Below are positions 33,836-47,600 of a DNA stretch of 64,000 nucleotides, one piece after another (the first letter of the stretch is position 1; each line of letters opens with the position of its first letter). Location: positions 174,840,001 to 174,904,000 of the forward strand of contig OZ024740.1 in the NCBI GenBank assembly GCA_964016885.1, in the 5' to 3' direction. Made by a program: the position numbers and the translations under genes. The notes under the pieces are model-generated. The model did not search any database and was not told the origin of the DNA. It worked only from the letters and a program-made list of their open reading frames with translations. The stretch comes from Eledone cirrhosa (lineage: Eukaryota).

Positions 33836-34930
33836 TTACAAGTAGGAGTTCATCAAGGTTCAGATTTTAGCCCACTACTATTCATTATAGTCCTTCAGGC
33901 TATAATAGAGGAGTTTAAGACCAGCTGCCCATGGGAACTTCTCTATGTAAATGCTCTGGTCTTTATAGCCGAATCCATTAAAGACCTAGAAAATAAGTTC
34001 CGACTATGGAAACAAAATTTAGAATCAAAAGGCCTAAGAGTAAACTTAGCCAAAACTAAAGTGCTAATGAATAAGAAAGAAGATAAGACCCTGATTCCTC
34101 CAGGAAAGTGGCCCTGTTCAATATGTAGAAAAGGAGGAGGCATAAGGTGTAAACTCCATACGATGTACACAATGTAAATCTTGAGTACATAAGAGATGTA
34201 GTGGGATAATGAGTAAGATAACATGAAGCGAAGCCTTTGTATGTAGAAGATGCACAGGGGCAACAGAGGGGAAGATAACCAGCAATGTTAGCCTATTCCA
34301 GTCACAGGAAAGACTCATAGAAGTGGTTGATAACTTCTGCTATCTAGGCACCATAATTAGCAATGGAGGTGTGTGCTTTGAGAGTGTAACAGATAGGATG
34401 GAAAAAGTTCAGAGAGCTACTCCCACTGTTGACCACAAAAGGTTTTACTCTACATACAAAAGGACATGCGTATGATGCCTGTGCGAAATGCGATGTTGCA
34501 TGGTAGTGAAATATAGGCTATGACTGTGGAGGGTGTGCGTAGACTGGAAAGAAATGAAGCGACCATGCTCTGTTCAATGTGCAATGTAACTGTGAAAGAG
34601 AGGCAGAGCTTGGACAAGTTGAAGGAGAAGCTGGGTTTAAGAGGAATTTGAGGTAGCGTGCAGGAGAGAAGACTGCATTGGTTTTGGACATGTGAAGCAC
34701 ATAGGCAATAATCATTTGGTGAAGAAGTGTCAGGAAATGCCAGTGGAAAGAAGTCGCGGTAGAGGTAGACCAAGGAAGACCTGGGCAGAGGTTGTAAGAG
34801 CTGACCTTAAATCACTGAAACTCAGAGGCGATGATAAAAGATCGCGACATGTAGAGAGATGCTGTGCTGAGAAGGATGCGTCCAACCCATGCAAGCATGA
34901 TAAAGTGGAGGTAAAAATGATGATGATGAT
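33836..34930 (+). mobile_element. RTE-clade LINE, 3' half, decayed
   Basis: QVGVHQGS, CPWELLY, WPCSICRKG, LHGSE, RGRGRPRKTW; tail acccatgcaagcatg...(GAT)n. Confidence 0.9.
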
Positions 34931-35073
34931 ATTACACACACACATCATCATCATTTTACGTCCGCTTTTCCCTGCTTGCAAGGGTGAGACAACACTTATA
35001 TATATATATACATACACACACACACACATACATTATATATATAAATATGTGTGTGTGTGTATATATATATATT

Positions 35074-36671
35074 GTACAACTGATTAGGGATCAAATTAAC
35101 AGTTCAGATTTGTGCCAAGTAAAAGTAACATGGATGCCGTCATCTCTGTAGGTTAACTACAGTACCTAGAAAAAGGTAAACCCCTCTACTTGGCATTTGT
35201 TGACCTGGAAAAAGCTTCTGACAGAGTCCCCCATACTGTAATTTGGTGGGCATTTAGGAAACTAGAGGTGGACAAGTGGCTTGTGAGGGCAGTACAAGCC
35301 ATGTAGAGGTGCAGACAGCAAGGTTAAAATTAATAATGACTATAGTGAGGAGTTTAGCATGCAAGTTGGGGTCTACCAGGGCTCCATCCTTAGCCTTCTA
35401 GTGTTTATTATTATCCTGCAGGTTTGAGGAGTTTAAAACAAGATGCCCTTGGGAACTCCTGTATGCTGAAGATCTAACTCTCATAGCTGAATCTATGGCA
35501 GAACTAGAGAAAAAATTCTTGACCTTGAATCAAAAAGTCTTTAAGTCAACTTGGCAAAGACCAAAGTTCTAGTAAGTAGTAAGGAAAACAAGGCCCTCAT
35601 CCCTTCTGGGAAAATCCCCTGCTCAGTGTAGGAGTGGGTAGAAGTTCCATCCTCCGTCCCAAAGCAAACTATGGGTACACAACAGATGTAGCAGGATCTC
35701 AGGTAGGCTAGCAAAGGACAGACGTTTTACATGTGGTCATTGCACAGGAGCAGTAACAAATGCTTAGAGGATACCGTAGAAGCAATTAACAGTTTCTGTT
35801 ACCTACGTGACAAAATTGTCAGTGGACGTGGGTGTTCTAAATGTATAGTAGCCAGAGTGAAAACAGGATATAAAAAGTTCTGGGAGCTACTACCACTGCT
35901 AGCTCTAAAAGGTTTTTCCCTCAAAATAAAGGGCAGATTGTATGAGGCGTATATACGAACTGCAAAGCCACATGGGTGCTGTGTGCAAAGGACCTATGTA
36001 GATTAGAAAGAAATGAAGCTTGCATGCTTCGATGGATATGTAATAGTAATATAGATGAACGGCAAAGATTAAATGAAATGAAAGAGAAACTGGGATCAGA
36101 TGCAGTGTGCAGGAGAGGAGATTGCAGTAGTATGGATATATGATATGTATGAAGGCTGACAGCTGAATAAAAAAGTGCAGAGCGCTCAAAGTTGATGGGA
36201 AGACTTGGGATAAGGTGATAAAAGCTGACCTCATACAATCGCACCTCTCAAAGGCAATGATACACGATCGACCTTACCCAATTACACCTCTCAAAGGCAA
36301 TGACACACGACCGTGACCTCTGGCGTCACGCAGTAATACAGAGTACCCGACCTCCCATGGGTACAAGCTGAAGCATATAGACAATATGCCCCCACACCCC
36401 CCACCGCAAGGTGGTCGTGGAGGTGCCACGGCAAAAAAGCACCCAGCCCACACTGTAAAGTGGACATGTAGGCGCCACGAAAAAGCACCCAGCACTCACT
36501 GTAAATGAGGTTGGTGTTAGGAAGGGCATCCAGCTGTAGAAATCAAGCCAAATCAGTTCCTGTATGAGCAAGGCATGGTCAGCCGACCAGACACTGCCCA
36601 CAACAGGACAACCCGTCTAACCCATGCTAGCGTGGAAGAACGGACGTAAAACGGTGATGATGATGATGATG
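35074..36671 (+). mobile_element. RTE-clade LINE, decayed RT plus 3' UTR with stem-loop units
   Basis: LAFVDLEKA, CPWELLY remnants; cacactgtaaagtgg units; aggaagggcatccagc; cccatgctagcgtgg...(GAT)n. Confidence 0.88.
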
Positions 36672-37070
36672 AAAGGTGACAACACAGGATCGAGATCTCT
36701 GGCATTATGCAGTAATACAGAAGACCCGAATTACCATGTGCACAGTTTGAAGCATACAACTAGTATGAATCACTTTCCCCACATCCTAATACCCCACCAT
36801 TCACCAGATAAGTCCCCAACCCCACTCAAGATCTACCTCTCAAATCCTCATGAACCTCCCCATCTACACTGTAAAGTGGTCATTTTGGTGCAACGACAGC
36901 AAGCACCCAGTTCACACTATAAAGTGGTTGTGTAGATCCCCACGATAAAAAGCACCCGGCCCACACTGTAAAGTCGTCATTTTGGTGCCATGACAAAAAA
37001 GTACTCAGTACACACTGCAAATGTGGTTGGTGTTAGGAAGGGCATCCAGCCATAGAAAACCTGCCAGACC
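36672..37070 (+). mobile_element. RTE 3' UTR fragment with stem-loop units
   Basis: gatctctggcattatgcagtaatacagaagacc ORF end, 3-4 cactgtaaagtgg units, aggaagggcatccagc. Confidence 0.75.
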
Positions 37071-37132
37071 TGAAGTGCATATGTGGTCTATCAGGGCTTA
37101 GTTTTCATCCCACTTCTGTTTAACAGTTTTCT

Positions 37133-38070
37133 TTAGGCCATCATAGAAGTTTCAAATTGGCATTCCATGGGAACTCCTGTATGTTGATGATCTAGTCTTT
37201 ATCGCTAAATCTGTGCAAGAGTTAAGTAAACATTCCGGATATGGAAGAAAAATCTAGAATCGAAAGGACTAAAAGTAAACATAGTAACAATTAAAGTTTT
37301 AATAAATAGGAAAGAAGAGAGGAAATTGGCCTTGTTGAAGATGCTGATGGGCAGAAATTCCATAAGATGCACACAGTGTAATTCATGGATGCACAAAAAA
37401 TGTAGTGTGATTACTGGCAGAATAATGGAGAAGATAGACTTTGTATACAGTAGATACAAAAGAAAAGTAAGCACTAAGAGTACTTGCCTCAATTGCCTAG
37501 ATGTTGACATCTTGTTACTTGGGTGATCTAATTAGCAGTAGGGGGGGGGGGGGAATATTCTGATAATATGGTAGCCTGAGTAAGAACAGGCTAGAAGTTT
37601 AGGGAGATATAACCTCAGCTGACAACAAAATACTTCTTTCTCAGGGTGAAGGGTAGACTGGATGATGCCTGCATGCAAACTGCAATGCTACATGGCAGTG
37701 GGACCTGGGCAATGACTGCAGAAGACCTATGAAGGCTAGAAAGAAATGAAGTGAGTATGCTCAGGTGGATGTGTAATATTAATGTACATGAAAACATAGT
37801 ATAAGCAAGATGAGAGAAAAAATTTCTTATAGATGAATTAGATGTAGTGTGCAAAAGGGAAGACTTGCATTGATATGTATATGTGTATGGAAGAAGACAG
37901 CTGTATAAAGATCAGAGAAAACTCAGTGGATGAGACTCCTTGAAGAGGTAGATCTAGGAAGACATAAGATAAAGTTGAGACCAGTCTTAGGAAGCTGAAT
38001 CTCACAACAGAAAACACAAAGGACCATGAGAATTAGCAATATGCAGCACTTTTATCAGCATAAAAAAATG
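37133..38070 (+). mobile_element. RTE-clade LINE relic
   Basis: PWELLYVDDL, NSIRCTQCNSWMHKKCS, LHGSGTW remnants. Confidence 0.8.
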
Positions 38071-38245
38071 ACCTGATCCATTCATGCCCCACCCCTCTCC
38101 ACCACCACTCCTTAGTAACTATTCTCACAATCATTTGCAGTTTCATGCAGTACAGGACGTTAAGAATTAAACTAACTACAAGGTTTACATGCAAAGAATA
38201 CATCAACTGGTTTTTTTTTTTCTTCATCTTTGTTTTACTATGTGC

Positions 38246-39130
38246 TATCATCACCAGTGTTTAACGTCCATTTCTCCATGCTACTATGAGTTAGATGAGT
38301 TGTCCTGTTGTGAGCAATGCCAGGTCAGGTGACCATGTCTTGCTCATACTGATTTTGGCTTGGTTTCTACAGCTGGATGCCCTTCCTAATGCCAACCTCA
38401 TTTACAGTGAGTACTGAGTGCTTTTTATCGTGACACCTACACAATCACTTTACAGTGTGGACTGGGTGCTTTTTGTCCTGACATCAACATGTCCACTTTA
38501 CAGTGTGGATGAGGTGCTTTTTATCGTGACACCTACATAACCACTTTACAGTGTAGGCAGAGTTCTTTTTGCTGTGTCACCATCATGACCACTTTAAAGT
38601 GTGGGCTGGGCGCTGTTTGTTGTGTCGCCATCATGACCACTTTACAGAGTTGGCTGGAGGCTTCACTAGATGTATCTTTCAGCCTGTCCTCATGAGAGAT
38701 GTATGGGAGGGTGGGGGCGTGCATACTATATATATATATGCTTCCACTTTAGCCTGTGCCCGTGGGAAGGTGGGTCTTCTGTATAACGCCAGAGATGGTG
38801 GTCCTGTGTCATCGTCTTTGAGAGGTGCAATTGGGCATGGTCAGCTTTTATCACCTTATCCCAAGTCCTCCTGGGTCTCCCATCGAATTTGAGCACTCTG
38901 TATCTTTTTATACAGCTGTCATCCTTCATATGCATCACATGTCCATACCAACGCAATCTCCTCTCCTATACACTGTATCTGATTCCTTTTATGCCTAGTT
39001 TCTCTCTTCATTCGTTTATGCTTTGCCATTCACATATATTACTATTACACATCCATTGAAGCATGCAAGCTACATTTCTTTCCAATCTATGCAAGTCTTC
39101 TGCACACAGCATCCAGGTTTCACTACCATT
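38246..39130 (-). mobile_element. RTE 3' fragment with stem-loop array
   Basis: RWYGHVMHMKDDSCIK on - strand; ~5 ccactttacagtgtg units 38400-38650; tail near 38246. Confidence 0.85.
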
Positions 39131-39544
39131 CAACCAGTGGCTGACTGGGTTTAAAAATATTGGTTGCCAGGAGATAAAGGAGGCCCACCCACGTGTATAA
39201 TGCTATCATTTAATTTTTATAATGAATAAATAACATTTTCAAAAAAATACATAAGTGAAAAATGTGTATTTTTTCTTTACTAATTATAGTGTATATATAC
39301 TGTACATATTACTGGTAATATACAGTAATACTAAATGTTAATACAGAATGTTATAATTTAATTTTTAAGTAATTGTGAATGTATAGTATACTGTTACTTA
39401 GAGTAGATTACGCAAGTGACCGTTCTCATCTTCACCAATAAAAAATATAAAGTACTTTGAAAAATATACACCCAGAGACTTTCAATAATGACCTTTGGTC
39501 TTTCACACACTCTCAATATATATATAGTGTGTGTATGTGCGTAC

Positions 39545-40384
39545 ATCATCATCATCATCGTTTAACGTCTATCTTCCATGCTAGCATGGGTTTAGACGGG
39601 AATTGTCCCACTTGAGGCAAGATTGGTCGTTTCGCTCATATGGGACTGTCTGGCAGGTTTTCTATGGCTGGATGCCCTTCCTAACACCAACCACGTTTAC
39701 AGTGTGGACTGGGAGGTTTTTACCGTGTTACCTACACGGCCACATTACAGCGTGGACTGTGTTTTTTTGTCGTGACATCTACACGACCTCATTTATTTAG
39801 GACTGGATGTTGTGGTACCAACATAACTTTACAGAGAAAGGGGTGGTGTTGATGGGGGTGGGGGTGGGGGAGTGGATATTTGATTAAGAGGTGCCTACTG
39901 ACTGTAGGTTACGCTTTGTACTTAGGCAAGGCGGGTCTTCTGTGCTACTGTGTAGCGCCAAAGATCTTGGTCCAGTGACATTGTCTTGGAGAGGTGTAAG
40001 AGTGTAAGGTCGGAATTTATCAAATCGTCCCAGGTTTTTCTGGGTCTGCCTACTCCCTAACTTCTGTCAATTTTGATCGCCCAGCACTTTTTTATACAGC
40101 TGTCATCTTTCATACGCATCACATGACCATACCAACCTAGTCTTCTCTCGAGTAAACAACATCTGATCCCTCTTATACCTAATTTCTCACTGAGTTCATT
40201 TATGCTTTGCTGTTCATGTATATTACTATTACACATCCAGCGGAGCATGCATGCTTCGTTCCTCTCCAGTCTGCGCAGATCCTCTGCACACAATGCCCAT
40301 GTCTCACTGCCATGTAACATAGCTGTTCGTATGCAGGCATCATACAGTCTGCCTTTCATTTTTAGAGAGAAACCTTTAGCGGCC
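39545..40384 (-). mobile_element. RTE-clade LINE 3' end, same subfamily as 57933-60041
   Basis: AAKGFSLKMKGRLYDACIRTAMLHGSETW... near-identical to the 58431-60005 C-terminus; (CAT)n tail at 39545. Confidence 0.92.
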
Positions 40385-40559
40385 AAATGTGTATATATAA
40401 ATTTATATATATGTATACATACAAGTTTTCAACTTGTACAAACATTATTTGGCAACTCATTCTCCCTAGTGACTTTAGATTGAAGAACTGACCACTTAAA
40501 TATGTCTTTAACCCATTGATATCAAAAATATTTGGTCAGCAGCTTGTGTGTATGTGTAA

Positions 40560-40605
<46 letters not shown>

Positions 40606-41565
40606 ATGTTCATGTATGTATGCAGTAAGCTATAAATTTAGACAACCAGTGATTCCAACTGTTAGCACTATCATATATTTTGGTTTCTATTAATTCCATA
40701 GGGAATTGTTTGACCAAATATAATCCCCCCAGCCCACCCCCTAAAAAGACAAACTAATAGTACCAATAATACTCTCCTTTTATTAAATCATTTTAAACTA
40801 TTTCTTTTTGCATAATCTTACCTACAAATCATAACATTTATCCAAGTGATTCCTATCATTCCTGATAATTTGGGTAAAATTAAAAATGATAATTAAATAC
40901 AATAGACAAATTGAAAATTAAATATAATACTTTTTATTTTGCTTTGTTTACATATCTTGAGACTTCTTTAAAAAAATCAGATCACTTATTTAGTTGAAAA
41001 CCAAAAGAAAATAAAGATTTCAGTTAAGTAGTTGAATATACCACCAGTTATATGGGCAATAATATTTTTAAACTATTTCAAATATTTTAGAAATGAGGTG
41101 GGAAATTGTAACCATGTGTTAAGCATTATTTGTGCTATTAGCAGTCATTAAATAGGAGCAGTTAATGGAGAATGTAGCAAAATCTATTAATTTGTAAGAG
41201 TTGTGCTTTATTGATACATTAAAACCTGAGATAAAATTGTCTGACAAAGTAGAACATTGTCACAGCCCAAGAAATATAAAAATAATCTCAATTTTCATTC
41301 CAAATGAAATATATTGAATCAATACAAAGAAATCCCTTAAAATTTTCAAAAGAATGCTATTAACATAAATATCATCAGCCATTTAAATTAACTAGAAAAG
41401 TAAGCTCCAATCATTATTATGCAGTTTAAGCATCTAAGATTTTGGTTATATTTTTTTTAATTCCTCACAGGTTTTATATTTTAATGATAAATATAAAAGA
41501 TGCAATCCAATGCTATTTGAGTTAGTCAAGTGTTGTTGTGGTCATATGGCAATATAGTTTCCTAT

Positions 41566-41657
41566 TCATACAGCTTCCATTTCCAAGTCAAAGCCTTCTT
41601 GTTCTTCAGCTCTGTTATACAGTATTGCATGCAGACCCACCACAAAGAAAGAAGCTC
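41566..41657 (-). CDS. RABAC1: PRA1 last coding exon (ASFFVVGLHA...EMEAV*)
   Basis: tttcag acceptor, TGA at 41568-41566; candidate AATAAA (- strand) at 41212-41207. Confidence 0.92.
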
Positions 41658-44600
41658 CTGAAATACACAAGTACATATAAATATGTCAGCATGGAAAACT
41701 AGAAAAGGAAGCTGAAGAAAGTGTTATATATATGCACATACCTACACATATACATAGGTTTAGCTGTGCAAACAGAAGAAAGAAAACCCAAGACATGGTA
41801 GACAGACACATAATTTAATTTATTATAGCTGTGAAGCAACACTAATATCTTGAGGGCCCCTCAAGTCATTAGTGTAGCTTTGCACCTATAATAAATTAAA
41901 TTAAATCCCCTCCTTATACATTACATATAAACTAGAAAAGTAAGCCCCAATCATTATTATGCAGTTAAACAATTTAAGGAGATTTTGGTTATATTTTTTT
42001 AATATTTCCCTCAGGTTTTATAATTGGTGAACCTACACTATATAATGTGAGTATGTGTACAAATTTATTAACAAATAATACTGCTACAGCTAATCAACAT
42101 TTAATAGTGGTGCAACTGTTGAAGACATTGGATGAAAATCTTGGTCAATATTATTACCCTTTGATTAAAAAAGCTTTCAGGAATACTTTTGTTCAATAAT
42201 TCTTTTAAACTTTTGGTAAATATCTACAAAACTAGTTTGGTTGTAGTAATTATACACAGATCATATTATCTATATGATCAGCACTTAACATCTTTTGTTG
42301 ATTCAAATGTTAGTAATTCTTTTACTAGTGGACAGAACACAGTGAAAATTTACAGACTTTGATTGGTATTTTTGAAGAATGTCAGGCTAATGTGGTACAG
42401 GGTGTTAAAAGTTAAGGGATTTTGTTAAAACTTAAAGCAAACAATAAGTGTTACAGTTTTGTGGTCAACTTTATATTTATATAACTCAATATTCATTTAC
42501 TAAGCAAATTTTAATTCAGATATTCAATTATATTAATCTGTATTAAACAATTTATCATAAAGAAAAAAAGAAAAAGCACCGATTGTCAGATCAGACTATA
42601 AACAATGTTTCCATTGGTCCTTTCATTGATGATACTATATACCAGTCACAACACATGGAAGGAAATGCACTTTGAACTCAGAAGAGAACTCAGAACCAGA
42701 TCAGATACCTCAAGCATCCTGTCTAATACCTTACCAATTTCACCAGTCTATTGTTTCTAGACTAGTACTTTATTTATCAACCCAGAAAGGATGAAGGGCA
42801 AGGTTAATCTCAACAAGTTTTAAACACAGAGCTCAGTGATCTGGAACATTTAATCCAACACTAATGACTCTGCCAATTAAACATTAAACCTTTTATTAAA
42901 CCCTTAAATGAAATATATGACCTCAATTTCTCTAAAACTTTAGATAGGAAACAATTCAAAACCATAAGCATTTCAAATTCAGACAAAATTTTCATGTCAA
43001 TTATATGAAACTAGAAGGAATTGTCATGTGATTCACAATTTCTAATATAATTGTTTTTGTTACTATTTAGTGAGAGAGGGTCTTAGAAGGGAAAATGGAA
43101 GGTATCAAGTTGGATACTGGGTCCAAATCCTTATAACAAGGTAGTCTCTATTAAACACACCTAAAGTCTGGTGGTGTTAAGTAAGTTGACAGACTACCAT
43201 TTATGTAAAGCCTCAACAGAATTTGAACTCAGAACACAAGTCAGAATGAATACTACACTGCAAAGTATCCTTTCCAATGCTCTAATGATTCCATCAATCC
43301 ACTACTTTAGACTGACACTTCATCTTATTAAACCCAGAAGGATAAAAGGCAAAGTTGACTTCAGCAGGATTTAAACTCAGAGCATTGAGAGCTAGAACAA
43401 ATATTGCAAAGCATTTTGTCCAATCCTCTAATGACTATCAAACAAGAAAATGACAAAATACTAACTGAATACTAAAATATTGATTTTTTTTTTATACAAT
43501 GCCAAAGATTTAGAGAATAAAGAAATGTGATTGTGGTGTTCATACTCTCAAGAACACAAATGAATTTAAGATGGAATCAAAATAAGCCTAACAGATACTG
43601 TACAACATTCACCATAGAAAGTACTGAGGTAGTAAATTGGCAGAGTCATTAGAATGTCAGATAGAATTTTTTACAGCATTTGTTTTAGCTCTCTATGCTC
43701 AGCTTTAAAATCATACCAGACTCAACTTTGTTTTAAATCCTTTTGAGGTTGATAAAGTTCCACCTCAATACTGAAGTGGATTCTTCCTGTATGTCTCTTT
43801 CTCACTTATTCCATTTTGCACTCTCTCTTGAATAAATCAGCTGAGCCCAACCCTGGAGAAGGATGGGCTTCTCCAAGCTTAAATGCCCCCTACATGTCTA
43901 TCAGGAGTTAAGTGCCCATGGATAGATGGATAAAGAGTACTAAGATGATTAAAAAAATAATACATACCAATAACCCAGAAAACAGCTGAACCAGCTCCAG
44001 CCACCCAGAAAAGAGGGAAAGATAAAACTCCAACACCAGCATACTGCTGGCCTACACTCAGTTCATGACCTGTAAACAAGAAACACGAATGCCATCAAAA
44101 ACAAAATGTTTTACTTATATACAACTCCAACCCATATCAGCATGGAAAAATAAATGTTAAACAATGATGATGGTGATGATGAGTAATTATGGGAGTATAC
44201 AATTGCTGCTATTGGTAATAGTAAATAAATAAAAAGGATTAAATATGTAAATAGAATAAATGTATCAATATAGAAAGTAGAAATCAACAAATAAATATCT
44301 GAAAAATCTTATAAATTTATTTATTCAATTGAAATGTCCGTATAGAGCTAGTAAGCCATAGCAGACTAGAGTAAGTATACAGGACTCCTTACAGTTAATA
44401 ATCAAAAAGAGCTAGTGGGACAAGTAATAATTTTAAAAAATTAATTAAAGAAGGGAATAAAATGAAATAAAATAAAAATAGAATTTCAACTATTGAAGGA
44501 AATAGGAGGCAGATTATACATAAGTAAATGGTAAAGAAAAGGAAAATAGGAAAGAAAGGAAGCTGTAAAACAGAAGTTTCTATTGTTGAATCTTTTTGTA

Positions 44601-47600
44601 GCTTCCATATATTCAAAGATTTTGTTTATATTTGGTAGACCTGTAATCATATATTGAACTTCCAATCTTGGAATTTTTTGAAAGATTGGTTTCAGCATGG
44701 CCTCTTTCTCTCTCAGACTGATAGTTTCTACATTGGAACAAACTGTTCCAAAGAATTTCTAGAGAGTCACCACAAGAACACAAGAGGTGAATCTCTACAA
44801 CCTGTTCTTCATAGAATGTAGTTCATAGGTATATTTCTAGTTCAAGCCAGCATAGTTTTTTTTTTTGCATTACTCAATTATTGATAAGTTTTGAAAGTTG
44901 TCAAATCTGGTTGAGAAAGTGGGGGATTGAAATTTGTGAACTTATCTCTGGAATCTTTCCAAAATGTTTCCCACCCTTGACTAATTATTAGCTGAATCTA
45001 TGGATCTTAGCTGAATCTATGGATAATGTAATTCCCCACCATTCTGCATCAAATATAGAGTAATCCTGAAGTATTCTGAAGTTCATATTTCTATAATTAT
45101 TTTTGAAAGACCAAGTAGCTCCACAACCTGCTCCCTTGTTTGAATGTGCCCTGTCTGTGTAGCAGACCCAGCTGTTAAAAGAGATTGACTGTGTGATAGT
45201 GTTATGGAGTTCTTTTGCTTCCTCTTTTGTGTTTTTAATCATTATTTGAAATGATTTTAATTGTTCTACCCATGGAGAAAGCCAAGTATCATGCTGTTTT
45301 CTTTTGCATTTAAACTGAGCAGTTAGTAATTGGTGTTTCCTGGACTCTTCTATCAACAAGTGAGTTGGGGTTAACCCTGCTACATGAAAAATTGCTATGG
45401 TTTTGCCAATTTGGGTAAAGAATCTATCAATAGCTTAAAGATAGCTAGTACTTGTTTGCCTATTTATTCTTGAGGGTCATGGGGGGGGGGGGGGGGGGGC
45501 AGAGTCTGCATAGACTCCTATCAGAAGCAACAGTCTCCAACTGATCTGGTTGAATCCCCAAGTGAGACCAGCCAAGCTCATGGATGTTATCGAACCATCT
45601 GAATTGGGGTCTACCCTTGGGGCTCTTGACAGTTGGTTTTGCCAAAAATATATATAAAAATGATTAAATAAATACATTATGCCTGCATTTGGATAAAAAT
45701 ATTCATAATTTTGCTTACACAATTTGAGAAAAAGGAAAGAAATTGAGATAAGTAATATACATTTTCCTATATAAATATTCCATTTGTTAAAACACAAAGA
45801 ATGAATGAAAGGAAAACCTAAATTTTGTATAAACACTATATGTATTAACTCGTCCCAGCAGTGTGTGCATGCATGTGTGTGTGAGAGAGCACACTTTTTA
45901 GCAATTGTTTGCCTCCCTGCCACTCTCACTCTTCAACTTCAGTCAGTATGTATACTCCTCTTTCAACCAATATTTAATTATCTCTCTCTCTCTTTATATC
46001 ATCATCATCATCGTTTAATGTCTATCTTCCACGCTAGTATGGCTTATATATATATATATATATATATATTGCCAAATGTGACATTAGACCAACAAACCAA
46101 CAAAATTGGCATTTATATATATATATATCATCATATAATTTTCCCTTTGTGATTAATTGTTTATTTAATAGATGCAGGCATGGCTGTATGGTTAAGAAAT
46201 TTACTTTGCAACCATGTGGCTTCTGGTACAGTCCCACTTGGGTGACTGTCTTCTACTATAGTCTTAGGTTGACCAATTCTTGGCAAATGAAATTTGGTAG
46301 ACAGAAACTATGCCGATGCCTATAATATATGTGGGTATATCTATTTCCCTGTTGATACTGCTTTAAAAAAACTGTGCCATAGCTGAATGATTTAACAGGT
46401 GAAGATCAGTGAAAAAAATATATTGGCCTTAGGAAGGGAATCTGAACATAAAATACTGCTTCAGAAAATCTCACTGAACCTGTGGGGTGTGTCTGTGTGT
46501 TTGTGTCTTTGTCTCTCTCTCTATCTTTGCATGTGTCTTCACATTGACACAGCTTACAGCAACTGGTGACATTTTGTTTATGACCTGCAGCTTAGTAGCA
46601 AAGCAGATAAAAAAGATCAGTGAAATAAGTACCATAATTAAAAATAAAAGTTTGCATTAGAAAAGAAAACTGATTCAAATAGTTTCATCTGAATCATACC
46701 AGCATGTAAAAGAAAACTTAAAAACATTCATGATGATAAAAATGATTGTCAGATTAGTGAAGGTATGTGGCTTAGTGGTTAGTGTTCGACTCATAATCAT
46801 GAGGTTGTGAGTTCTATTCCTAAACCAGGTGGCATGTTGTATCATTGAGTGAGACACTTTATTCCACATTGCTCCAATTCATTCACTTGGGGAAAAAATG
46901 AATTGCAGCATCACTGATGCCAAGCTGTATCAGCCTTTGTTTTTACCTTAGACAACATTAGTGGCATAGAAAGGGGAGACTGGCATGCATGGACGACTGC
47001 TGGTCTCCCATAAAACACCTTGTTCGGGCTTATTCTTTAGAGAGAAACATTCTAGATGCAAACCCATGATCAGCCATGACTGAAGGAGGCAGCATCCCCC
47101 TAATAGAGACAGTGAAAGAAAGACTTGATAGTGATGGTGGTGGTATTTTAGGGGTGGGAGTGATGACCCTGCTGAGACCAAAACAAAATTTATACATTCA
47201 ATAATATCTTATTGAAGTTTCGTTTTGTAATTAAAAGGCTTTCATAAAATAAAACAAGACAACTTTCAGTTAACTATTATATTAAAAAAAAACAAACAAT
47301 TTATTTAATTACATACCCATAATTGTACGTTTTTTTTCTTGGTTTTTCAAACTGATGATGTAACAAGCACCAAGGCAGGCAGCTAGTGCTATCAATAGCA
47401 ATGGTGATGTTAGGCTGAAGGAAATTATTAAAAAAAAAAATATTTCAACTGTAAAAACATCTGCTAAATTAAAATCCAATTATAGCAATAATAAAGAAAG
47501 GAAATCAAATCAACAATTATCATCAGCCATATATACACACAGACTTCTATATTAGTATGTCGGACCTCTGTCGGTTCTGATGATGAATATTCCAGTTGTT

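Noticed and set aside
45481-45499. Long poly-G run (also 37540, 55252, 55357) as regulatory G-quadruplex
   Set aside because: Homopolymer expansions within decayed repeats or low-complexity DNA; nothing supports function
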